Below, in pieces: positions 17,345 to 25,579 of a stretch of 40,500 nucleotides of DNA. The position numbers were made by a program, and so were the translations under genes. Location: positions 1 through 40,500 of the IMG/VR virus record IMGVR_UViG_3300048576_000234, one strand, 5' to 3'. The notes below the pieces were generated by a model. That model worked only from the letters and a program-made list of their open reading frames with translations, ran no database searches and was not told the origin of the DNA. Position 1 is the stretch's first letter. The number at the start of each line of letters is the position of its first letter. Origin of the DNA: a virus. Lineage: Duplodnaviria > Caudoviricetes.

Positions 17345-18842
17345 TTGCGGCAGTATTTTGCATCCGCTGGGATGGAGTTGTTTCTTGCATTTTTTTTGGA
17401 ATTTCTATCATGAAGCCTATTTTGATGCCTTTGGCACCCCGGCATTGCTTGAAGTTGAGTCGCAAAGCGCGGTTAAAATCCTGAAGAACGTAAAACTCAA
17501 TCATTGTAAGGCTGTTGTCGTACAACATGTTGGTATAGTAGATATCATTGCCGGAGGTGCCGGTACTTCCTTCCGGTACCACGTTGCTGATAGACGGCGG
17601 CATGCCCATTCCGGCCAGAATTACGAAATCGCAACGCTTGTCATAATCCGTTATGGCTTTCATATATTCCTGGAATTTCCCGGGAAAATCTTCAAATCTC
17701 CATCCATCTTCACCCCATTTGGTGCTTGCCCACATTTTCCCCTGGTTCTTTCCTTCTCCGCTCATGCATTTAGCAATGGATCTAAGCTCGTTAGAAATAA
17801 GGGCATCCATCATGGTTTCGTAAAATGGGATAGGCGTATTTTTAACGTCATCGTACAGTTTTACGCCTTTATACTCTTTTTGAACAGGAACATCGCCTCC
17901 GATAAGGTTTTGCGTGCAAATATCCATCAGGATGTTTTTTTGCGCCTGATACCATGTTCCGGGAATAATTACATGCACGTGAGCATTAAGGGCGTTTTTA
18001 AGATAAGAATTGATGTATTTCGGATTGAGATTGGATGCCTTAATCCAATCGAGCAAGCCCTTGAACCAATGATTTAGCGGATAAACATCCCGGGAGAATG
18101 TTTTGTCTTTTACCCACGACACTGCAGTATTGAATTGGAATGGATTGGTTGGATCGAATCGGTTGTATACGTTGAAAGCCATCAAACGAGGACAGATCCA
18201 GTCGCCTACCAAAACATACTTACAATCTTCGTCCTTTACCCGACGGCCAATAATGGGATGATCGCTACCAAGACGCGCCTGATCGGCTCCGACATACTTT
18301 AACCCGCGCACCGGCAAAGCGCCTCCAATGCGGCGGCTACGGTTAAAAATGTATTGAGAAACGGCACTTTCAACCAGGTAGAAGTCTTTTATCAGCTTGC
18401 TGACATATACCCACGGATGATCTAATCCATTGAATTCCCATGTATCAAGCCATGCCTGAATTTCTTCATCCTGAACAGGAACACGTATTTTTCGGGCATC
18501 GGATCCTTCTCCATCGATTATTTCCTGATACAAATACAAGCCTTTGCCAAACAGCATCTTCATTTGTTTATCGAGCACTTCCGGGAGGAGCTTGTTGTCA
18601 TAGACGGTCTGAAACACCTCGTTCGGGTAAAGATTATGTCTGTCTCCCCAAATAGGAACATAAAAGCCTTCCATCGATACACAGGCATTTTCGTCCATGT
18701 AGTGGCTGTAGATGTTTCGGAACTGTTGAGACATGATATTTTCACGGTCTTCAACGCCCTGAAGTTCGAAAGTAATAACACCCGTTCCCGGAGCTACCGC
18801 AATGCCGAAATTATCGTGCATTTCTACTTGTAAGTTATTCAT
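17334..18842 (-). CDS. Portal protein
   Basis: ~500 aa between terminase and adaptor; WGDRHNLYP, MSGEGKNQGK and GTSGNDIYY motifs typical of Bacteroidetes phage portals. Confidence 0.78.
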   Translation of the reverse strand: MNNLQVEMHDNFGIAVAPGTGVITFELQGVEDRENIMSQQFRNIYSHYMDENACVSMEGFYVPIWGDRHNLYPNEVFQTVYDNKLLPEVLDKQMKMLFGKGLYLYQEIIDGEGSDARKIRVPVQDEEIQAWLDTWEFNGLDHPWVYVSKLIKDFYLVESAVSQYIFNRSRRIGGALPVRGLKYVGADQARLGSDHPIIGRRVKDEDCKYVLVGDWICPRLMAFNVYNRFDPTNPFQFNTAVSWVKDKTFSRDVYPLNHWFKGLLDWIKASNLNPKYINSYLKNALNAHVHVIIPGTWYQAQKNILMDICTQNLIGGDVPVQKEYKGVKLYDDVKNTPIPFYETMMDALISNELRSIAKCMSGEGKNQGKMWASTKWGEDGWRFEDFPGKFQEYMKAITDYDKRCDFVILAGMGMPPSISNVVPEGSTGTSGNDIYYTNMLYDNSLTMIEFYVLQDFNRALRLNFKQCRGAKGIKIGFMIEIPKKMQETTPSQRMQNTAANAN

Positions 18843-19155
18843 GGAACCAATCAACTTTTAGAAGTTCGTAATTTGGAGGAAAAGCAACAAACCGGGCCAG
18901 CTTTTTGAAACACATTTTCGGTTGCTCGAGATCGATATCTTCATACGGGAGATAGTGATCTGGATCCACCGTCATGGCATCGCTTACCAATCCGGCACGC
19001 AGGCGACAACGCTCTACTTTTCGGAGCTCTCCGCATTGGCCTGTTTTCAGATTACAGGCGATGTGGATCATCATAAAAGTTGCTCCGGATACTTTACGAA
19101 GGTTTCGCATGCGCTCCAAAGCCTTTGTGCCTGATATGGTTTGTTGTGAATTCAT
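18835..19155 (-). CDS. Small phage protein upstream of portal (106 aa)
   Basis: ORF begins 4 nt after late-promoter motif and overlaps portal start. Confidence 0.7.
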   Translation of the reverse strand: MNSQQTISGTKALERMRNLRKVSGATFMMIHIACNLKTGQCGELRKVERCRLRAGLVSDAMTVDPDHYLPYEDIDLEQPKMCFKKLARFVAFPPNYELLKVDWFHE

Positions 19156-19159
19156 GACG

Positions 19160-19195
19160 CAAAGGTATCAGCACCATAAAAGAGGGTAAAGGACA
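19160..19195 (-). promoter_or_regulatory. Putative phage late promoter, copy 4
   Basis: TGTCCTTT-N20-TACCTTTG-cgtc-ATG. Confidence 0.78.
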
Positions 19196-19237
19196 AAAAA
19201 AATCAGTTATCAAAGATTTTTTGACAACTGATCTTGT

Positions 19238-20950
19238 TTATGCGGAATATGTGCCGGATCCTTCGAAGGTTGCAGAACGCCGATCGGATTCCGGCAGAAG
19301 CTTATTGAATTCTCCCCAAAGCAGGTACATGTAAGCTGTAGCCAGCTGTGTGGAATTATATTCCTGATCCTTATATTCAAGTTCTTTTTCTGAGCTCTTA
19401 TCGAGGATAATTTTGCCTTCGTGGCGTTTAAGCGGAGAATGATTAATACTGGATATTAGCGCATCGCATTCGTTACGGCAAATCATGATTTCTTCTCGCT
19501 TCCCATCGGTCTTCCCAAACAGAAGATTCAGAAGTCTGTAATGCTGACCGTACGTGATAATAGGTTGATTTCGGCTCATTAGGTGTACAATCCAGCCTTT
19601 TGCCTTTAATGCCCGTTCGAGCAAAATGGAATCGGTATCGTTTATGTCACCGGTGAGATTTGGGTAAAATTGCTTCCATTTCGGATCCCGTTGGTTGGCT
19701 GCACGGTCGTAATGAATGAATATTTCCTTCCTTTGGTGATACTTGAAGAATTTATTGATTTTGTCGGCAAGCTCTTCCTGTTGTTCCGGGTGGATAACGC
19801 AAAAGTTTTTGATGGAAATAAATTTGCGCTCTACCTTTTTCCTCTGAGCAAATATCGCACTAGTAAACGGCCCCGGATCGTAACCCATATAAAGCGGCTG
19901 CCTGGGATCACAATACTTTAGATTACGGCTTGTTTCCTCTATCTGCCCATCGGCAGATACAGTATCTATGTATTGATACACATATTCTTCGTCCTGAATA
20001 TGTTCTTTGCTAAATCGCCCGAAAAACATATCCTTGACTTTGTTTTTACGGATGGCAAAGATGGAGGTATTGAGAGAATCAACATCTTTGATGCTCTTGA
20101 TCTGATTTTCGATGTAATCAATGCCCAAAATTTTGATGTTTGAAAAACTGGATGCACGTATGTAGGATGTCTCTCCACGACGGAACTCATTCAGACGCAT
20201 GCTCCAACGTTGAACGAAAGCATCCAGTTTTTTAATTGCTTTGTCATCAAATTTTTTGTTTGCAATCTCCAGTTCATACAGGCGGCGATCCAGTTCTGCA
20301 GCCATCTCAATAATGCAATGTTGCAATTCAGCATCCTGATCTTTCTCAAACTTCAGAAACCAATCTTCGTCTGTTTCAAAATTTGGCGTACTTGAAAATC
20401 CGGTGATGCCCATAAAGTAATGAGAGTGCCCGTATTTCGATCGATCAGCCCGGAGCGTAGGCACCATTCGTTCCTCGAATATCTGTCTTTTAACGCGAAG
20501 CATTTCGTCAAGTATAAGGTGCGCAACACTTTTACCTATTGTTGATTCCGGCCGGTCGCAGGACCCGAACTGAACAACAGTGCCATTATGGAATGAAATT
20601 GTATGGCGCCAGTTATCAATATAGGTATCGCACCGTTTGAAATGAACCGGCGGCTCTTTGCCTATTTCAAAATAAACCCCACGTTCGTAATTTTCAAAGA
20701 AGTAGGCCATTAGGAACGGGAGAATGTTATCAAAAATGTCCTTGTATGCAGCTGCAGCCAAAAGGATAATGGATCCGGGCATATCTTCCTGGATTCGATC
20801 CAAACGAGGCGCCATTTCGTGCGTTGTTTTACCGGATCCACGCCCTTGTTCCCCGAACAAAAAGGTTGTGTCGAGCCATTTTATTAGGATTTGGACGACA
20901 GATAAGTAATTTTCGACGAATATTTCTTTGTCAATCTTCAGCAGATTCAT
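19238..20950 (-). CDS. terL: Terminase large subunit
   Basis: Walker A GRGSGKTT, Walker B HLILDE, FSST coupling motif, RNase H-like YMGYDPG; ATG 20950 preferred. Confidence 0.88.
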   Translation of the reverse strand: MNLLKIDKEIFVENYLSVVQILIKWLDTTFLFGEQGRGSGKTTHEMAPRLDRIQEDMPGSIILLAAAAYKDIFDNILPFLMAYFFENYERGVYFEIGKEPPVHFKRCDTYIDNWRHTISFHNGTVVQFGSCDRPESTIGKSVAHLILDEMLRVKRQIFEERMVPTLRADRSKYGHSHYFMGITGFSSTPNFETDEDWFLKFEKDQDAELQHCIIEMAAELDRRLYELEIANKKFDDKAIKKLDAFVQRWSMRLNEFRRGETSYIRASSFSNIKILGIDYIENQIKSIKDVDSLNTSIFAIRKNKVKDMFFGRFSKEHIQDEEYVYQYIDTVSADGQIEETSRNLKYCDPRQPLYMGYDPGPFTSAIFAQRKKVERKFISIKNFCVIHPEQQEELADKINKFFKYHQRKEIFIHYDRAANQRDPKWKQFYPNLTGDINDTDSILLERALKAKGWIVHLMSRNQPIITYGQHYRLLNLLFGKTDGKREEIMICRNECDALISSINHSPLKRHEGKIILDKSSEKELEYKDQEYNSTQLATAYMYLLWGEFNKLLPESDRRSATFEGSGTYSA

Positions 20951-21554
20951 AGTTGGTGTCCTCAATGTTTAATTCGTGTTCCAATTCTTCAATCATGCGT
21001 TTCTTATCGCTGTCCTTGATATCTCGTTTGTTGATAATGTCAATACCCCGACGATATGCGGCCAGTAACCCTTTTTTCTTCACACCCATTCGTTCAAGTT
21101 CTACATCTGGAGAAACGATTTGCGGTTTGAATTTGAGCAAATTCGGATTGATAGCGTGGGAGCTGGCATCTATTCGGAACTGACGGGCGCGATCCATACA
21201 GACACGTGCCTCTTTGAAATTGCGAGCAATGAGATTAACATCCCGCAGCTTCATCATTTCGTCGGCAAAATACATGTTCCATGATTCGGATGTGACACTG
21301 CAATCAGCATGCAGATAATTGATAGAATCGAATACCCGTTGCCGACATGTTGATATCGAGAGTTCAGAATGAAGTTTCTGCAGATTGTTAGCACAAACGC
21401 TAATGCTCGAGTTCTTTTTGAATAGATTAGCAGCATCATTCAACTGCAGAACATATTCAGCCAAACGTTTGGGGATCCCGCATGATTCCGCATTGCGGGT
21501 TTCGAGAAACCTCTGAACAATATCGGTCGGTATTTTTTGAAGTTCTTCTATCAT
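20931..21554 (-). CDS. Putative terminase small subunit (207 aa)
   Basis: Helical, HTH-like protein overlapping terL start. Confidence 0.55.
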   Translation of the reverse strand: MIEELQKIPTDIVQRFLETRNAESCGIPKRLAEYVLQLNDAANLFKKNSSISVCANNLQKLHSELSISTCRQRVFDSINYLHADCSVTSESWNMYFADEMMKLRDVNLIARNFKEARVCMDRARQFRIDASSHAINPNLLKFKPQIVSPDVELERMGVKKKGLLAAYRRGIDIINKRDIKDSDKKRMIEELEHELNIEDTNYESAED

Positions 21555-21859
21555 AGCAAATTGAAATGTTCGTTCAATGCATCGCTGATATGTTCGTCAG
21601 CAATACGGTTGTACAATTGCTCATTAGCTATTAGGTTTTTCCCTTTCGTGGCCTGATCGTACAATTGTCGATCGAGCGAGTACTGACCTGAAACACGGCC
21701 TTTTTGGTAGGCTTTGAACAAAACGGATCCTGGGTTTTGAAAATCCGCTTTCATTTCATCAGATCCGGCAGGATCCAAAAGGCTGACAATCCGATCGAAT
21801 GAGTAACCCAAAACGCCAAAATTTGTCACCTGAGCTAAAAAATCATCGGTATAGATCAT
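21551..21859 (-). CDS. Small packaging-module protein, TerS-like (102 aa)
   Basis: ATGA overlaps on both sides; FKAYQKG helix motif. Confidence 0.55.
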   Translation of the reverse strand: MIYTDDFLAQVTNFGVLGYSFDRIVSLLDPAGSDEMKADFQNPGSVLFKAYQKGRVSGQYSLDRQLYDQATKGKNLIANEQLYNRIADEHISDALNEHFNLL

Positions 21860-23163
21860 TGTTCGTAGAGTTTTAGTTCATCTTCCGTCAACTCAATACC
21901 ATTTTTCTTAACGGTGAACGACAATCCTTTCTGTTTCATCCATCGCAGCCAACGGCGAATAGATAAGTCGCAATACTTCGGTTCAAGTTCCATACCATAA
22001 CAAATGCGATCGGTTTGTTCTGATGCCAGGAGAGTGGTGCCTGATCCAAGGAAAAGATCCAGAATTGAGTCGTATAAATTGCTACAGTCGATAATAGCAT
22101 CGGCTACCAGTTTAACAGGCTTAACGGTTGGATGGTCATCAAGTGATTCGCGTTCTTTATTCCCGAATGTATTCATGCCATCGTATTCCCAAACGTTGGT
22201 GCGATATCGGCCCGTTTCCCCTAATCCAAAGTTGTTTATATGCTTTGCTCTTCCGTTTTTATACACAAATATCAATTCATGTTGGCTACGGTAGAATGTA
22301 CCCATTCCCCCGTTATTCTTCTTCCAAACAATTAATTGCTTTTGCTCTGTGTAGATCTTACCTGCAGTTGTCAATTCATTGACATGCTTCCAATCCATAC
22401 AGATATAATGAATGGATCCGGGTTGTGAGAACTTAATAAGATTGAGGAATATATCTTCAAGGAAGCGGGTGAACCTGGCTTTGTTCATTTCACCAGAAGC
22501 CATTGCGAACTCATCGTGTTTAGTTTTACCTAAACCTACAATGCTATTCACTTTTACATTGTAGGGTGGGTCAGTGAATATCATCATTGCCTTAACGCCA
22601 TTCATCAACGTGGATACTGCTTGCGGATCTGTCGAGTCTCCACACATTACACGATGCTGGTTGAGTTCGTATATGTCACCCAATGAAGTATGTTCAATAA
22701 CTGATGGTTCATCATTGAATTCATCTTCAACAATCTCTTTTGGCTTTTGAATGATAGAGTCTGTTGAAGGTAATGGTGCAATTTCAATAGGTGGTAAGTC
22801 TATGATGTCACGGAAGGGTATGTTACTGAAGTATTCTTCAAGTTTAAGAAGATCCCATTCGCCTGCATGGGTATTCGATATTAGGTTGTATCGTTTGACT
22901 TCATCGTCTGTAAGCATACGGTTAGGCACGCGCACATCAATAAGATCATTCTCTCTCCCTGAATAGATCAATGCCTCATACCTTCTTTGACCAGCTATGA
23001 TTCGATTGTCCGTATTTATGACAGGTATCTCTACCAGGTCAAACTCATTGACGCTATCGATTAGTTTTTTCTGCTTTTTCTCGTTCCTTTTTCTCGGATT
23101 AAAGTTAAGTGGTATCAAGTCTGAGACTCTTCGTTTCTCATTATGCCATTGTAATTTGTCCAT
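21856..23163 (-). CDS. ParB-like domain fused to N6/N4 DNA methyltransferase (beta class)
   Basis: N-terminal NPR...IIAGQRR; catalytic FTDPPY precedes SAM-binding LDLFLGSGTT; start reassigned to ATG 23163 because the late promoter lies at 23181-23216. Confidence 0.9.
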   Translation of the reverse strand: MDKLQWHNEKRRVSDLIPLNFNPRKRNEKKQKKLIDSVNEFDLVEIPVINTDNRIIAGQRRYEALIYSGRENDLIDVRVPNRMLTDDEVKRYNLISNTHAGEWDLLKLEEYFSNIPFRDIIDLPPIEIAPLPSTDSIIQKPKEIVEDEFNDEPSVIEHTSLGDIYELNQHRVMCGDSTDPQAVSTLMNGVKAMMIFTDPPYNVKVNSIVGLGKTKHDEFAMASGEMNKARFTRFLEDIFLNLIKFSQPGSIHYICMDWKHVNELTTAGKIYTEQKQLIVWKKNNGGMGTFYRSQHELIFVYKNGRAKHINNFGLGETGRYRTNVWEYDGMNTFGNKERESLDDHPTVKPVKLVADAIIDCSNLYDSILDLFLGSGTTLLASEQTDRICYGMELEPKYCDLSIRRWLRWMKQKGLSFTVKKNGIELTEDELKLYEQ

Positions 23164-23180
23164 TGTAATGTTATTTTCAA

Positions 23181-23216
23181 CAAAGGAACTCCACCATTGC
23201 GATAGAATAAAGGACA
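23181..23216 (-). promoter_or_regulatory. Putative phage late promoter, copy 5
   Basis: TGTCCTTT-N20-TTCCTTTG. Confidence 0.72.
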
Positions 23217-23507
23217 CTCATTCTATCTTCTATTGACATTAATCGAATTGTTTTTCAAAGATCAGTCCATGTGTCGATCACCATGTGATTAAGCATCTGA
23301 CATTCAAATGTTAAAATCATATTTCTGATATAAACGACTTCATGTAATGCAAACCCAAACCTCAGTGGTACGGGCTTCGGAGCGAAACAAAATAAAATCA
23401 GAAAAAATAAAAATCATTGTTCTGTTGATAATCAATTGTTTAAGCTAATTGGAGCTGAAAAAACATGCAAAACGAATGATTTTTGGTTCAAAACGGTGAT
23501 TTTTAGA

Positions 23508-23535
23508 CAAAAAAAATAGCCTTTATGGGGCTATT
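23508..23535 (-). terminator. Intrinsic terminator after the frameshift gene pair
   Basis: ATAGCC...GGCTAT followed by T tract. Confidence 0.65.
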
Positions 23536-24019
23536 CTTTCAAAAGGGTTGTAATTATGCCCTGCCGCTCTTTGGCCCGGGTTAAATTATCTTCCCAATTT
23601 TGTTTTGTCGTATCGTTTTTGAACTTCTTTTGCCGTAGATTGGATTCTATACGCCGGATGTTTTGAGTAACGTTTGTTATTTCATTGAGAAATCCGGTTG
23701 GGTTTTCTCGTTTCAACTTCAAAAGTTCCTCGTACTGGCTTGTATATGATTGGTTTTTTACTGTGAATGGATGGATGTACAGAAATTTGCCAGTGTTATT
23801 GAACGATTCAAGCTCTTTGTGCGCTTTCCTGTTTTGAATATCATTCTGAACCATCTCAAACGCAAGATCTGGATGATCGTCCATTAAAACGTCAATCTCC
23901 TGCATGCGATGGTACGTGCGTACACGATCGTCATACAGGAGAATGCACAATTGTATATCGGGATCAGAATTGTGATCCCACTTGATATTTGGAAACTCTA
24001 TTTGTTTGACCCTTTTTTT
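23531..24019 (-). CDS. -1-frame extension of the 210-aa gene (gpT-like part of a putative programmed frameshift product)
   Basis: Frame is open from the A9 run: KKRVKQIEFPNIKWDHNSDPDIQLCILLYDD...LLKE; no ATG in the first ~35 codons. Confidence 0.68.
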   Translation of the reverse strand, partial: KKRVKQIEFPNIKWDHNSDPDIQLCILLYDDRVRTYHRMQEIDVLMDDHPDLAFEMVQNDIQNRKAHKELESFNNTGKFLYIHPFTVKNQSYTSQYEELLKLKRENPTGFLNEITNVTQNIRRIESNLRQKKFKNDTTKQNWEDNLTRAKERQGIITTLLKE

Positions 24020-24630
24020 TTATTTGGGTCACTGGCAGATTCTGCTTGCGCGGGATCCGTTTCGGTCGGATTCTGGTCGCCGGTAGGTTCCGGTTGCGCA
24101 GGATCCGTTTCGGCCGGACTTTGGTCGCCTGCAGGTTCTGCTTGCGCAGGATCCGTTTCGACGGGGCTTTGGTCACCGGTAGGTTCCGGTTGCGCAGGAT
24201 CCGTTTCGGCCGGACTTTGGTCGCCTGCAGGTTCTGCTTGCGCAGGATCCGTTTCAGCCGGACTTTGGTCGCAGGCAGGTTTTGTCTGCACCGGATCAGC
24301 TTTAGCAGCGGCATCCTCTTCGGCTTTCTTAGCAGCATCGGCAGCAGCTTGTGCAGTGGCATCCTCTTCGGCTTTCTTAGCGGCATCAGCGGCAGCTTGT
24401 GCAAATTCTTTTCTATGTTCCAGAATTTCGGATAATGGAACATTTTCGAGTAACTCAAAAAGCATTTGCCCGTCGAGTTTTGCTTTGGTGAAAATGTTTG
24501 CCCGGGAGAGTTCGTTATTCAAACGTGAATTGGTACACTTTTCTTTGAACAACTTCAGATCTGCGTCGAAATGATCTGCATGTGTGTGTTTTACTACAGC
24601 ATCGTTTTTTTGTGGAAATGATAATTTCAT
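23998..24630 (-). CDS. Protein with acidic Pro/Ala repeats ending in a slippery KKK site (gpG-like position after tail tube)
   Basis: 210-aa ORF ending AAT AAA AAA AAA GGG TCA AAC AAA TAG. Confidence 0.75.
   Translation of the reverse strand: MKLSFPQKNDAVVKHTHADHFDADLKLFKEKCTNSRLNNELSRANIFTKAKLDGQMLFELLENVPLSEILEHRKEFAQAAADAAKKAEEDATAQAAADAAKKAEEDAAAKADPVQTKPACDQSPAETDPAQAEPAGDQSPAETDPAQPEPTGDQSPVETDPAQAEPAGDQSPAETDPAQPEPTGDQNPTETDPAQAESASDPNKKKGSNK
24030..24405 (-). repeat. Coding 48-bp tandem repeats
   Basis: Five units of DQSPAETDPAQ(A/P)EP(A/T)G and two units of AQAAADAAKKAEEDA(T/A). Confidence 0.9.
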
Positions 24631-24650
24631 GATTTCAGTATTTCAGTATT

Positions 24651-24685
24651 AAAAAAGGCATAACTATCATGTAGCTATGCCTTTT
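24651..24685 (-). terminator. Intrinsic terminator/attenuator after tail tube gene
   Basis: AAAAGGCATAGCTA-catga-TAGTTATGCCTTTTTT. Confidence 0.75.
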
Positions 24686-24701
24686 GGATTTTGATTATCT
24701 A

Positions 24702-25520
24702 CTACGAACGAGCCACTTCATAGAAGGCATAAGCCGAAGCTCCGGTTTTAGCAATCTGGAACGAAATAGAAGTGTTGTTGGAAGCATTGAAATCGACTCC
24801 ATTCTGGAGAATAAATTTCGCTGATGCTGAGATCTTAACAGGAAAATTCAATCCTGCACCACGCAAATCAATAATACGCCCAACATCTGCATCGGTAATG
24901 CCAGTAATATCGGTTAATGTCTGCACGGCAGTTCCTCCATCGGGTAACTGATATTGAGAGCCTGTCCCAATAGCAAATTTACCATCAGTGATGGTCACAA
25001 CGGCAGGATCTTCCAATACGATGTTACCATCATAGAAGTTGAACGGATCCGGGCATTGGTCGCCTTTGAATTCGATTTCAGCACCCTGCCATTCTCCTTT
25101 GTTTTGAATTCCCAAACTCTTGTATGTGAGTTTAAGACCTCCACACGGACCACCTCCGATAAAACGCTGACCTGTTTTGCAATTTTCCCAGATAACAAGA
25201 AAATATTCCCCGTTGTTTTCGTAAAGCCACCCGAGAGTGGATTTTGAAATACCTTCAATAGTTGCAGCAATGGTAATCGTTCCCTGGGGTGCAATTGTTC
25301 CGGCCGAGGCTGCGCTAGGAATAACACTACCTACAGAGCAGTCGAGATAGTGCATTTTTTTTCCAGATAATAGCGGAACCTGGCTTATGGTTGCATTAAC
25401 GGCTTTCGCAAAGTTGTCTACATCCAATTCGTCACGAAAACGAACAAGGATAAGTCGGTATTTTGACGACCCAAACTTTGTGGAAGCTTCGTTAATGGGT
25501 TGGTTTGTATTTCCAATCAT
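24702..25520 (-). CDS. Putative major tail (tube) protein with extra C-terminal beta domain (272 aa)
   Basis: Beta-rich, directly after capsid; FLVIWENC..G.RFIGG and FYDGNI motifs; followed by terminator and frameshift pair. Confidence 0.65.
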   Translation of the reverse strand: MIGNTNQPINEASTKFGSSKYRLILVRFRDELDVDNFAKAVNATISQVPLLSGKKMHYLDCSVGSVIPSAASAGTIAPQGTITIAATIEGISKSTLGWLYENNGEYFLVIWENCKTGQRFIGGGPCGGLKLTYKSLGIQNKGEWQGAEIEFKGDQCPDPFNFYDGNIVLEDPAVVTITDGKFAIGTGSQYQLPDGGTAVQTLTDITGITDADVGRIIDLRGAGLNFPVKISASAKFILQNGVDFNASNNTSISFQIAKTGASAYAFYEVARS

Positions 25521-25548
25521 TTTGATAATGTATTACAAGTTAGTAATG

Positions 25549-25570
25549 TGGAGCGGATTGCTCCGCTCCA
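25549..25570 (-). other. GCAA-tetraloop RNA hairpin between capsid and tail tube genes
   Basis: TGGAGCGGA-gcaa-TCCGCTCCA; no U tract. Confidence 0.55.
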
Positions 25571-25579
25571 TGTACATAT

